A stretch of DNA of 64,000 nucleotides from Bacteroidaceae bacterium (GTDB lineage Bacteria > Bacteroidota > Bacteroidia > Bacteroidales > Bacteroidaceae), in assembly GCA_017958545.1 (NCBI GenBank), contig JAGDCM010000088.1, forward strand, positions 1,249 through 65,248, in the 5' to 3' direction. Below the pieces are notes generated by a model. That model did no database searches. It was not told where the DNA came from and saw only the letters and a list, made by a program, of their open reading frames with translations. Shown in pieces: positions 53,792 through 63,204 of this stretch (positions are counted from its first letter, which is position 1; each line of letters starts with the position of its first letter). A program made the position numbers and the translations under genes.

Positions 53792-56612
53792 GTTTTTCCC
53801 GATATTGATTTTAGCTACAAGTCTTCATGCTGCAACGAGCGGCATGAAGACTTGTAGTATTGAGACGCTTGACAGTATGGCTCTGTCTCTCAATGAGAGG
53901 GCCTATGGGATGCGTTATATTAACACGGACTCTGTGCGCATTTTAGCGCAGATGGCGCAGGAGAATGCTCAGAGTGGGGAGCAGAAGAGTTATGCTCTGG
54001 AAAATCTGGCTTTTGTAGAATATCAGCAGATGCGATTCTCCAAGGCAAATGCTCTTATCAGGAAAGCAAGAGAACTGACTCGTAATCAGTTGTCGCTGTT
54101 GGCACTTGATGTGTTGGAAATGAAAGTGGCTCAGCGTACGGGTAATTTCAGAGACTATCATCTGGCTCAGGTGCACGCTAACGAGCGTGTGCTTCGTATT
54201 GAAGATGAAGAGGGAAAACTGACGGAGAAGGAGCGTTCGCGACTGCGTTATTGTCGCAGCGAGATGCACATAGTGGCAAGTACGTATTTCTACTATTTGC
54301 GAATGGACTCGCTTTCGCGGGCAGAACTGATGCCTGTAAGAAAAGATGTGGAGGAAATGCAGGATACAGCCCAATGGCTCAACTATCATTACATGCTTGG
54401 TAGCGGGGGATTCTACGAAGGAATGCAGGAGAATATCCGATACCATGAGATGGAGGACTTGTACAGAGTTTTGGCTCTGTCGAAGAGGAGCGGGCACTTG
54501 TATTTTGAGGGAAATGCCATGCAGGCTATCGCAGAACATACAGGTAGTATAGAGATGGCGGAGGAAGCGCAAAAGGCATTTGCCGCATACAAGGATTTGT
54601 TTCAGGAGGGAGCGGCACTTCGCACACAGGCAGAACTCGCATTTGGTGAAAAGAGATACGAGGATGCATTGAGATGTCTGTTGGATGCGACATCATTGAT
54701 AGAGGAGCAGCATAGAAGGGATTCGCTGCCGGAGTTGCAATGGGAAAGTCGCATATATGAACACTTGTCTATGGTGTATAGTGCGCTCGAGGAACCGGAG
54801 AATTCGCAGGTGTATCGCCTGCGTTATCTTGATTGCCTTGAACTGATGCGTCAGGACATTGATGTTGAGAACAGACAGTTGCAGATGATACGCTCACAGC
54901 GTAGCCTATATATAAAACTGTCGATATTCGCATTACTGTCCCTCTTCGTTCTTGTGGCTTTTGTGATGCTGATGAAGGATATTAAGCGACGTGGGAAGAA
55001 ACATAGGGAAAGTCAGGAGGAACTCTTGGAAGAAATAAAAGAGGAGGAAGCTTCTCTGACGTTGAAGTTACAGAAGGAGAAGGTGGAGAATATAGAGAGA
55101 CGCACGAAGGTGGCTCTCGCGGCATCCGTGATTCCTTTGATAGACCGTCTGTTGCATCAGTCGGCGGATGCGGAATATATTAAAGAATTGACAGAAGAAA
55201 TAGAGCGTCTTGGTGGCGTGTTAACCCAATGGATACAGATACAGAGCGGTAGGCTCAATGTCGGTGTTACAAAATTTCCGTTGCAGACGCTTCTCGATAC
55301 TATTGCGCTTAACCGCCCAACGTTCGAACGTCAGGGACTTACGTTGGAGGTGAAGAATACCAAGGTAGAGGTGATGGCAGACAGAGTACTCACTCTCTTC
55401 ATGCTAAACACATTATGTGATAATGCCCGTAAATTCACACCCGAAGGAGGTAAGGTGTCAGTAGATGTAGAGGAAAAGGATTCATATGTCGAAGTGTCTG
55501 TGGTGGACACCGGTTGTGGTTTTGACGCGGCAGCGAAGAAAGACAAGGGACACGGGTTCGGCCTGATGAACTGTAGGGGAATCATTCAAAAGTATCGTAA
55601 GATATCAAGCCGTTTCTCCGTATGCGACATGGGATACGAGAGCGAAGTGGGGAAGGGCAGTCGCGTGTGGTTCCGTCTGGTTAGGGTACTTTCACTGGTG
55701 CTAATGTTTTGTGTTTCGTTTCAAATGTACGCTCATGACGAGAAACAGATAATACGTGACAGTCTTTCGATGCACAATGATGCGGCCGTCGAAGCTTTGG
55801 TACGTCATGATTGGGATGAGTATCAACGACATAATGACGAATGTGTACGTCTTCATCATATATTGACGCAGGATCCGAATTTGCCTTCATACACACAACG
55901 TTTGGAATTGTTGAAACGCTTGGGTGAGTTGCTCATATTCGTTGCTGTGGCTCTTACTTTGATATCACTTACGATATTCACTTTGGTGGTTCGTCGTGCA
56001 AGGAGACAGGCAATGTTCAGACAAGATTTGCAGGAACGTGAGGATGAGGCGCGTGAACAGGTGGCGCGCCTGAAGTACGAAGTGGACAGACTTTATTGCC
56101 AAAATCAGATATTGGATAATTGTCTTTCAACAATAAAACACGAGACGATGTATTATCCGGCACGCATACGACAGATGCTGGGGACGGCTTCAAGGGAACA
56201 ACTCCATGAGGTGTGCACCTACTACCGTCAGATGTACGAGATGCTTACGATGCAGGCGAAGAGCCAATTGCAGGAACCTGTTTGCAAGAGGCAAAACATA
56301 TTGCTTTCCACTGTTATGAAAGGTGCTCCTGATGTATATGTGCAAGCGGACGGAATGCTTTTGACAGAACTACTCAAACGTTTGGGCGGAGGTCGTTTCA
56401 CAGTTGAAGAAAGAGAAAAGGATGTCTTGGTGTCTACTTCGCAAACACAAGCTTATGTAACTAATCAGTTTGTTGCTACAGCAGACAATTTCGACGCTAT
56501 GGTGGCAAAGGAGATTTTAAGAGAGCACGATGCTTTCTCTGGACATCCGGGATTAAGATTATATTCAGATAATAATAAAACATACTTCACACTATGGAAA
56601 ACTTCAAAGTAA
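53778..56612 (+). CDS. Large membrane sensor kinase (DUF5112/DUF5113-type): TPR-like sensor, HATPase_c module, then a second TM + coiled-coil + H-box module
   Basis: N box LNTLCDNARKFT, G1 VVDTGCGF, G2 GHGFGLMNCRGI in the middle. H-box-like LSTIKHETMYYP occurs only downstream, after further TM segments. Start is either TTG 53778 (gives a signal-peptide-like MRIIKFFPILILATSLHA) or ATG 53844. Confidence 0.7.
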   Translation: MRIIKFFPILILATSLHAATSGMKTCSIETLDSMALSLNERAYGMRYINTDSVRILAQMAQENAQSGEQKSYALENLAFVEYQQMRFSKANALIRKARELTRNQLSLLALDVLEMKVAQRTGNFRDYHLAQVHANERVLRIEDEEGKLTEKERSRLRYCRSEMHIVASTYFYYLRMDSLSRAELMPVRKDVEEMQDTAQWLNYHYMLGSGGFYEGMQENIRYHEMEDLYRVLALSKRSGHLYFEGNAMQAIAEHTGSIEMAEEAQKAFAAYKDLFQEGAALRTQAELAFGEKRYEDALRCLLDATSLIEEQHRRDSLPELQWESRIYEHLSMVYSALEEPENSQVYRLRYLDCLELMRQDIDVENRQLQMIRSQRSLYIKLSIFALLSLFVLVAFVMLMKDIKRRGKKHRESQEELLEEIKEEEASLTLKLQKEKVENIERRTKVALAASVIPLIDRLLHQSADAEYIKELTEEIERLGGVLTQWIQIQSGRLNVGVTKFPLQTLLDTIALNRPTFERQGLTLEVKNTKVEVMADRVLTLFMLNTLCDNARKFTPEGGKVSVDVEEKDSYVEVSVVDTGCGFDAAAKKDKGHGFGLMNCRGIIQKYRKISSRFSVCDMGYESEVGKGSRVWFRLVRVLSLVLMFCVSFQMYAHDEKQIIRDSLSMHNDAAVEALVRHDWDEYQRHNDECVRLHHILTQDPNLPSYTQRLELLKRLGELLIFVAVALTLISLTIFTLVVRRARRQAMFRQDLQEREDEAREQVARLKYEVDRLYCQNQILDNCLSTIKHETMYYPARIRQMLGTASREQLHEVCTYYRQMYEMLTMQAKSQLQEPVCKRQNILLSTVMKGAPDVYVQADGMLLTELLKRLGGGRFTVEEREKDVLVSTSQTQAYVTNQFVATADNFDAMVAKEILREHDAFSGHPGLRLYSDNNKTYFTLWKTSK
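53815..53857 (+). other. Perfect 16-bp inverted repeat hairpin (11-nt loop) at the TPR/kinase gene junction
   Basis: CTACAAGTCTTCATGC (53815..53830) and GCATGAAGACTTGTAG (53842..53857). The right arm contains ATG 53844. Confidence 0.8.
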
Positions 56613-57313
56613 TCATAGTCGAAGACGTTAGTCTTGAATTGAAGGGAACAGAACAGATTTTCCGCACGGAAATTCCCGAGGCAACAATTATCGGCACGGC
56701 TCAGAACGAGTCTGAGTTATGGAAGCTGATGCGGCAGGAACTACCGGATTTGGTGCTCTTGGACTTGGGTTTAGGAGGAAGTACGACGGTTGGAGTAGAC
56801 CTCTGTCGCCAACTTCGTTCCAGATATTCCAATTTGAAGATACTCATCTTCACGGGTGAGATTCTCAATGAGCGTTTGTGGGTGGAGGTTCTTGCAGCCG
56901 GAGCTGACGGCATAATCCTCAAGACAGGTAATCTCTTGCAGAGAGATGATGTGCAGCTAGTGATGCACGGCAGGCACATGGTGTTCAATGAACCCATTCT
57001 GGAGAAGATATTGGCCCGCTTCCGTAAGTCGATAAATGCGGAGACGCAGCAGACGGATGCTCTCCTGGATTATGATATAGACGAATACGACGAGCGCTAT
57101 CTGCGTCACCTTGCTCTCGGCTACACGAAGGATATGATAGCATCGCTCAAAACGATGCCCTTTGGGGCGAAGAGTCTGGAGAAACGTCAGGCAGACCTCA
57201 TCAATCGTCTTTTCCCGGAGAGAGAACGCCAAGGGGTGAATGCCACACGGCTGGTGACCCGTGCTCTTCAGTTGCATATCATAGATTTGGACCATCTCAA
57301 GGCTGACGAATAA
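56594..57313 (+). CDS. Response regulator with degenerate LuxR-type C-terminal HTH
   Basis: Receiver motifs VIIVED, DLVLLDLGL, ILIFTG, GADGIILK. Overlaps the kinase gene end by 19 nt. Confidence 0.8.
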   Translation: MENFKVIIVEDVSLELKGTEQIFRTEIPEATIIGTAQNESELWKLMRQELPDLVLLDLGLGGSTTVGVDLCRQLRSRYSNLKILIFTGEILNERLWVEVLAAGADGIILKTGNLLQRDDVQLVMHGRHMVFNEPILEKILARFRKSINAETQQTDALLDYDIDEYDERYLRHLALGYTKDMIASLKTMPFGAKSLEKRQADLINRLFPERERQGVNATRLVTRALQLHIIDLDHLKADE

Positions 57314-57334
57314 TATTTGGATATTACGGGAGCA

Positions 57335-57769
57335 ATGAATATCGACCAATATTTCCGTTTTTTCTGGCTACATAGTGCAGAGTGGGTAGGCAACACGCAC
57401 TTGGCATATACCTTGTTCGCCGTGATGGCCGTAGGTGCTGTCATTTCCTCGAGGATATTGCGACCCGGTTCATGCCCCCTGCCTCGTGACGGTTATGTGG
57501 CAGCTATGGTTGTTGGTCTGACATTTGTTACAGGCGTGGCTTTGTTGGCTCTCATCCCGACATCTCCTCTCCTCAGCATTTCCGGCGGTATAGAGGACAG
57601 TCCGTGGCTGGCAGGACTCTTCCCTGTGATGATGATTATCATTGTTATCACCTCTCTGGTATATGGTCTTGTTTCCGGTGCATTGTCATCATGGCGTGAC
57701 GTAATAGACTTCTTGTGTTATGGTTTTAAGAAGTGGCCTTGGCTTGTGCTGCTTGGAATGATATGGTGA
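57335..57769 (+). CDS. Small polytopic membrane protein, unknown function
   Basis: About 144 aa from ATG 57335, with 4 predicted hydrophobic helices. Its end overlaps the helicase start. Confidence 0.5.
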   Translation: MNIDQYFRFFWLHSAEWVGNTHLAYTLFAVMAVGAVISSRILRPGSCPLPRDGYVAAMVVGLTFVTGVALLALIPTSPLLSISGGIEDSPWLAGLFPVMMIIIVITSLVYGLVSGALSSWRDVIDFLCYGFKKWPWLVLLGMIW

Positions 57770-60009
57770 ATCTGAATGAACTTAACGAGGCACAGCAATG
57801 TGCGGTGACGTGTTGTGACGCACCGTCACTCATCATTGCGGGAGCGGGTAGCGGCAAGACACGCGTCCTGACCTATAAGATTGCGTGGATGATGGAGCAG
57901 GGGATGCCTCCGGAGCGGATTCTCGCCCTGACGTTCACCAACAAGGCAGCCCGTGAGATGAAGGAGCGCATAGCTAAGCAGGTTGGCGAGGAAGGAGCTT
58001 CCCGGTTGTGGATGGGGACGTTCCACAGCGTCTTTGCCCGTATACTGCGTTATGAACATGAGGCAATTGGTTTTACATCCAACTATACCATATACGACCA
58101 GACTGATTCACGGGCTTTGGTACGAACCATAATCCGAGAAATGGGTTTAGATGAAAAAGTGTATAAACCCAATTCTGTTGCAGCAAGGATATCCGCTGCA
58201 AAGAACCGCCTTGTCCTTCCTTCGCAATATCTGGCATCTCCTTCAACGCTGAATGCCGACCGTGCGGCAAAGGTGCCTGCCACCGGAGAGATATATCAGC
58301 GCTATTTCGAACGATGTCGTTTGGCAGAGGTGATGGACTTTGATGATCTTCTGCTCTACACGTGGCTGCTTTTCAGAAATAAGCCGGAGATATGTCAGAA
58401 GTACGAAGAAAAGTTCCTATACGTTCTTGTGGATGAGTATCAGGACACCAACTACGCGCAGGACCAGATTATATGGCAACTCACGCAGCACAGGCAGCGG
58501 GTGGCAGTTGTGGGCGACGATGCCCAGAGTATATATTCGTTCCGAGGCGCTAATATCAATAATATCCTAAGATTCCGGGAGCGCTATCAAGGCGCACGTC
58601 TTTTTAAGTTGGAGCAGAACTACAGATCCACACAGACTATCGTTGCCGCAGCCTCCCGTTTGATTGCGCACAACAAGGGGCAGATTCCCAAGGAAGTGTT
58701 TTCCAATAAGGCTGTCGGCGAGCCTATTGACCTTCTGCGTTGCTACAGCGATATTGATGAGGCTGCCATTGTTATGAAGCGCATCAAGGAGTTGCACTAT
58801 AAGCATAATATCTCTTATGCCGAGATAGCTGTCCTTTATCGCACTAATGCGCAGAGCCGTTCCTTTGAGGAAATCCTGAGAAAGAATGCTGTGCCGTATC
58901 GTATATACGGAGGTCTGTCGTTCTATCAGCGCAAGGAAATAAAGGATGTGATAGCGTATTTCCGTCTGGCTGTGAACCCGCACGATGAGGAAGCTTTGCG
59001 CCGTGTTATCAACTATCCGGCTCGCGGCATCGGTGACACTACATTTTCCAAAGTGTGCGATGAGGCGAAAAAGACGAAGAAGACGCTGTGGGATGTGCTA
59101 TCCAATCCAGATATGCTGGATCTGTCGTCTGGGGCGAAAGGTAAGTTACGTGATTTCCATGCACTTATACAGGAGTTCTGCGAGGCATCCGAGACAACGC
59201 GTGCCGATGTGCTTTCCCGTCTTATTGTGGATAAGAGCCGTATTCGAGAGGAAATAAACAAAGGGCGTGAAGCGGAGGATATAGCGCGGCAGGAGAATCT
59301 TCAAGAACTGATGGATAATATAGCATCGTTCACGGTGGAGTGCATCGAGCAAAACCAGTCGGCATCCATTTCGCACTATTTGCAGGAGGTTTCCCTTCTA
59401 AGTGATTTGGACGGAGACGATATACTGTCGGAAGAGGAGGGCGTCGTCACGCTGATGACTATTCATGCTGCAAAAGGGTTGGAGTTTCGGGCTGTGTTCG
59501 TTGTTGGTATGGAAGAAGAGCTTTTCCCCTCGCCGATGGCACTTGAAACACCCATGGGACTGGAGGAAGAACGGCGTTTGTGCTATGTGGCGATGACGCG
59601 TGCGGAGGAGTTCCTGACATTCACCACATCCAAGTCTCGATTCCGTTATGGAAAAGTGGAGCAGATGCAGCCGTCGCGTTTCTTACATGAAATAGGTCTT
59701 TTCGGGAGTGCGAGACGGGAAGAGTCTCCGGTGCGACCGCAAATACAGTTGCGTAAACCGCTATCGGCACCTGTGACTGCCGGTCCACGCCGTCTCTCTT
59801 CTGTAACAGAAATAACTGGCACGGGCGTTAAGCATGACGCTCCGACGTCTGTGTCTGTGGGTGACGTTATTGTACACGAACGTTTCGGACGTGGTCGTGT
59901 AATCGGTACAGCAGACACAGGTATGGATGCAAAGGCAACGGTAGAATTCGAAAATGCCGGTGTGAAGCAGTTGCTCCTGCGCTTTGCGAAATTCAAGAAA
60001 GCGGAGTAG
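57763..60009 (+). CDS. UvrD/PcrA/Rep-type ATP-dependent DNA helicase
   Basis: ATG 57763 (MVNLNELNEAQ). AGAGSGKTRVL, VDEYQDTN, GDDAQSIYSFRGA, QNYRST, TIHAAKGLEF, YVAMTRA. Confidence 0.92.
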   Translation: MVNLNELNEAQQCAVTCCDAPSLIIAGAGSGKTRVLTYKIAWMMEQGMPPERILALTFTNKAAREMKERIAKQVGEEGASRLWMGTFHSVFARILRYEHEAIGFTSNYTIYDQTDSRALVRTIIREMGLDEKVYKPNSVAARISAAKNRLVLPSQYLASPSTLNADRAAKVPATGEIYQRYFERCRLAEVMDFDDLLLYTWLLFRNKPEICQKYEEKFLYVLVDEYQDTNYAQDQIIWQLTQHRQRVAVVGDDAQSIYSFRGANINNILRFRERYQGARLFKLEQNYRSTQTIVAAASRLIAHNKGQIPKEVFSNKAVGEPIDLLRCYSDIDEAAIVMKRIKELHYKHNISYAEIAVLYRTNAQSRSFEEILRKNAVPYRIYGGLSFYQRKEIKDVIAYFRLAVNPHDEEALRRVINYPARGIGDTTFSKVCDEAKKTKKTLWDVLSNPDMLDLSSGAKGKLRDFHALIQEFCEASETTRADVLSRLIVDKSRIREEINKGREAEDIARQENLQELMDNIASFTVECIEQNQSASISHYLQEVSLLSDLDGDDILSEEEGVVTLMTIHAAKGLEFRAVFVVGMEEELFPSPMALETPMGLEEERRLCYVAMTRAEEFLTFTTSKSRFRYGKVEQMQPSRFLHEIGLFGSARREESPVRPQIQLRKPLSAPVTAGPRRLSSVTEITGTGVKHDAPTSVSVGDVIVHERFGRGRVIGTADTGMDAKATVEFENAGVKQLLLRFAKFKKAE

Positions 60010-60020
60010 GGGCGGACGGC

Positions 60021-61028
60021 TTATCCTATTTTGCGATGCAGCTTTTCGAGCAGTTCCTTACTAATCACCTGACGGGGTCTAGGACCGTGCTTGCGTATGT
60101 TCACAAGCATCATTATGTCGTGAGGCACTATTTCAACGCGCACCATTGATGTCTCGTCCGCAGGATCTCCGTCGTAGTGTATCACTCCCGGTTTTTCCCT
60201 CTGTATGGTGATGCTCTTGCATTTGAAGCTGTGGCAGCGCTCGTTCTGGTAGATGGTCTTGTGCACCATCTGATAGGCAATTGCTCCGCTTTCAATCAGC
60301 GGGAACGGTTCGATTATGCTCACGTCCATCAGCCCGTCCTGCATGGATGCCTTCGGGGCTATCCAGAAATTGTTACCGTACTGGCCGGCATTGGCGCATG
60401 TTATGAGAAATGCCTTTATCTGTTTGTTGTGTATCTTTCCGTCTTCAGTGACATATTCCAACGAGTATGTTTCGCTTTGATAACCGATGCCCAGTCGCAG
60501 GGCATTCTCTACGTATGTCAGCAGTCCACGACGACCGGACTTGGCAAAAAAATCGGAGAGGTTGGCGTCAAAACCCATTCCTGCGGTGCAAAAAAACGGT
60601 CTGCCGTTGATGCGACCATAGTCCAGACGGTGTATGTTGCATTCGTTGATAATCTTCAGAGCACCTTCCGCACTCATTGGCAAAGCCAGATGACGTGCCA
60701 GACCGTTACCGCTGCCGCATGGAATGATGCCCAGTGCTGTTTCCGTGTGAATGAGAGCTCTTGCTACCTCGTTCACCGTACCGTCTCCTCCCACAGCCAC
60801 CACAATATCAACACCTTGCGCAATTGCATCGCGTGTAATTTCCGCCGCATGTCCGCGATGCTCGGTATATTTTACCTCATACGTGAAGCGCTTCGGGTCG
60901 ATATATTCTGGGATAGAGGCGACAATCTGCACCTTGTTCCCTGTTCCGGAAATAGGGTTTACGATAAACCAGATGCTTGTTTTCATTCCGACTACAAAAA
61001 TACATAAAAGAGATAATACAACAATCAT
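60021..61028 (-). CDS. Diacylglycerol/lipid kinase family protein (YegS/BmrU-like)
   Basis: NPISGTG, VAVGGDGTVNEV and GIIPCGSGNG motifs. ATG 61028 gives a hydrophobic N-terminal segment; the alternative ATG is 60986. The track TTG at 61049 sits in promoter-like sequence. Confidence 0.8.
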   Translation of the reverse strand: MIVVLSLLCIFVVGMKTSIWFIVNPISGTGNKVQIVASIPEYIDPKRFTYEVKYTEHRGHAAEITRDAIAQGVDIVVAVGGDGTVNEVARALIHTETALGIIPCGSGNGLARHLALPMSAEGALKIINECNIHRLDYGRINGRPFFCTAGMGFDANLSDFFAKSGRRGLLTYVENALRLGIGYQSETYSLEYVTEDGKIHNKQIKAFLITCANAGQYGNNFWIAPKASMQDGLMDVSIIEPFPLIESGAIAYQMVHKTIYQNERCHSFKCKSITIQREKPGVIHYDGDPADETSMVRVEIVPHDIMMLVNIRKHGPRPRQVISKELLEKLHRKIG

Positions 61029-61097
61029 TCCGCTTGATTTAAATCGCAAAAAGACGAAAAAAATAGAAATAAGTGTCCCGTATGTGGTATCAACTCC

Positions 61098-61116
61098 TTT
61101 TTTTTTCGTACCTTTG
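61098..61116 (+). promoter_or_regulatory. T9 + CG + TACCTTTG promoter of spt
   Basis: TAnnTTTG match 38 nt upstream of ATG 61155. Confidence 0.55.
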
Positions 61117-61154
61117 CCGTGGAATTTTTGAGATACATCTAAATCATAACCTTT

Positions 61155-62351
61155 ATGGGTATATTAGAAGAAAAACTTTCAAAGCATCCTTTTGTGGAAC
61201 TCTCTCGTGAGGTTAAGGAGAGAGGTATTTATCCTTACTTCCGTCAGATTGAGGGCAAGCAGGGTACAGAAGTGGAAATGGGCGGTCACCATGTGTTGAT
61301 GTTCGGCAGTAATGCATACACCGGTCTCACTGGCGACCAGCGCATTATTGATGCCGGATGTGCTGCCATGCAGCAGTATGGCAGCGGTTGCGCCGGAAGT
61401 CGTTTTCTCAACGGTACACTGGATATCCATGTCCAGCTTGAGAAGGAGCTTGCCGAGTATGTCGGCAAGGACGACGCCCTCTGCTTCTCCACTGGATTTA
61501 TGGTGAATAGCGGTGTGATTCCACAGTTGGTGGGCAAGGATGACTATATTATCTGCGATGATCGCGACCACGCTTCCATCGTGGATGGACGTCGTCTTTC
61601 TTTTGCCACTCAACTTCACTATAAGCACAACGATATGGCAGATCTGGAGCGTGTGCTCCAGCGTTGCGAGCCCGACAAGGTGAAGCTCATCGTTGTCGAC
61701 GGTGTGTTCTCTATGGAGGGTGACCTCTGCAAACTGCCTGAGATAGTGGAACTGAAGCATAAGTACAACGCTTCCATCATGGTCGACGAGGCTCATGGCC
61801 TTGGTGTATTCGGTCGTCAGGGTCGCGGTGTATGCGACCACTTCGGTCTTACTGACGAGGTGGATCTCATCATGGGCACGTTCTCTAAGTCGCTGGCATC
61901 CATCGGTGGTTTTATCGCTGCCAATCAGTTGATTATCGACGCTTTGCGTCACATGGCCCGTACCTATATCTTCTCTGCTTCATGTACGCCTGCCGCCACT
62001 GCTGCAGCCCGCGAGGCTCTGCGTATCATCAAGAGCGAGCCTGAACGTCTTGAGGCTCTGTGGAATGTCACCAACTACGCGCTCAAGCGATTCAAGGAGG
62101 AGGGCTTCGAGATCGGCGATACAGAGTCTCCCATCATTCCTCTCTATGTGCGCGATGTGGACAAGACATTCGTTGTTGTTGCACGTGCTTTCGAGGAGGG
62201 TGTGTTCATTAATCCTGTGATTCCTCCCGCTTGCGGACCTCAGGATACACTCGTGCGTTTCGCCCTGATGGCAAACCACACCAACGAGCAGGTAGACCGT
62301 GCTGTGGCCGCTCTGAAGAAGGTATTCGTAGAATTAGGTATTATCAAATAA
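61155..62351 (+). CDS. spt: Serine palmitoyltransferase (alpha-oxoamine synthase family)
   Basis: 398 aa. GIYPYFRQIEGKQGTEVEMGG, MFGSNAYTGLT, SGCAGSRFLNGT, DEAHGLGV, GTFSKSLASIGGF PLP-lysine motif. Closely resembles Bacteroides/Porphyromonas SPT as I remember them. Confidence 0.85.
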   Translation: MGILEEKLSKHPFVELSREVKERGIYPYFRQIEGKQGTEVEMGGHHVLMFGSNAYTGLTGDQRIIDAGCAAMQQYGSGCAGSRFLNGTLDIHVQLEKELAEYVGKDDALCFSTGFMVNSGVIPQLVGKDDYIICDDRDHASIVDGRRLSFATQLHYKHNDMADLERVLQRCEPDKVKLIVVDGVFSMEGDLCKLPEIVELKHKYNASIMVDEAHGLGVFGRQGRGVCDHFGLTDEVDLIMGTFSKSLASIGGFIAANQLIIDALRHMARTYIFSASCTPAATAAAREALRIIKSEPERLEALWNVTNYALKRFKEEGFEIGDTESPIIPLYVRDVDKTFVVVARAFEEGVFINPVIPPACGPQDTLVRFALMANHTNEQVDRAVAALKKVFVELGIIK

Positions 62352-62364
62352 ATTTTGCTTAGCC

Positions 62365-63195
62365 TTACAGTTGGGCAACAAAAGAGAAAACATCCCCGGG
62401 CAGTTTCACTGTTCGGGGTTTTTCTTTAAACAGGCCGAACACCGTTGCTCCGCTGCCCGACATAGCTGCATACACGGCACCTTTTTCCTGCATCATTGCT
62501 TTCAGACGTGCAATATTGGGATGTCCGGGAAAAACGCTCACTTCGAAGTCGTTGACAAGTTCTTCCCAGCGTATGTCTTCGTTTTTCTGCGGCCACGCTG
62601 TATGCTTTGTGTCGTCGGGACGTACGGACTGATATGCTTCCTTTGTGCTTACAAAATCGGACGGTTTGGCAAGCCATATCCAGTATCCTTTGAGATCGAT
62701 GCCTGTCGGTGTGAAGACGTTGCCGATACCGCTTGCTATGACGGGTGTGTTGCGCACGAAGAAGGCACAGTCAGCTCCAAGCTTCCCTACGCGCTTTTCC
62801 ATATCGTCATCGCTCAGGTTGAGGCTGAAAGTTTCGTTCAGCATCTTCATCATGAATGCTGCATCGCTGCTACCTCCGCCAAGACCGGCTCCCGAGGGTA
62901 TGTTCTTCTGCAGGCGGATGTTTAGATGGGGGATGTCGTAGCCCTCCTCGCGCAGCATTCTCACGACCTTCGTCACCAGATTGGATTCTGTGTCCGAGGG
63001 CAGGGGAATGCCGCCCATTGTGAGCACGTCCTCTGTGAGCGGATTTCCGTCTTTGTCGGTGGTATTTATCTCTATTTCGTCGCGTAGCGGAATAGGGTAG
63101 AAAATTGTCTCAATATCGTGATATCCATCCTCTCTACGCCTCAAAATGCGCAGTCCGAAGTTAATTTTGCAGTTTGGAAAGCATATTTTTCTCAT
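62365..63195 (-). CDS. ispE: 4-diphosphocytidyl-2-C-methyl-D-erythritol kinase
   Basis: ATG 63195 (MRKICFPNCKINFGLRI). GHMP kinase motif PSGAGLGGGSSDAA. Confidence 0.9.
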   Translation of the reverse strand: MRKICFPNCKINFGLRILRRREDGYHDIETIFYPIPLRDEIEINTTDKDGNPLTEDVLTMGGIPLPSDTESNLVTKVVRMLREEGYDIPHLNIRLQKNIPSGAGLGGGSSDAAFMMKMLNETFSLNLSDDDMEKRVGKLGADCAFFVRNTPVIASGIGNVFTPTGIDLKGYWIWLAKPSDFVSTKEAYQSVRPDDTKHTAWPQKNEDIRWEELVNDFEVSVFPGHPNIARLKAMMQEKGAVYAAMSGSGATVFGLFKEKPRTVKLPGDVFSFVAQL

Positions 63196-63204
63196 AATGT
63201 GTAG

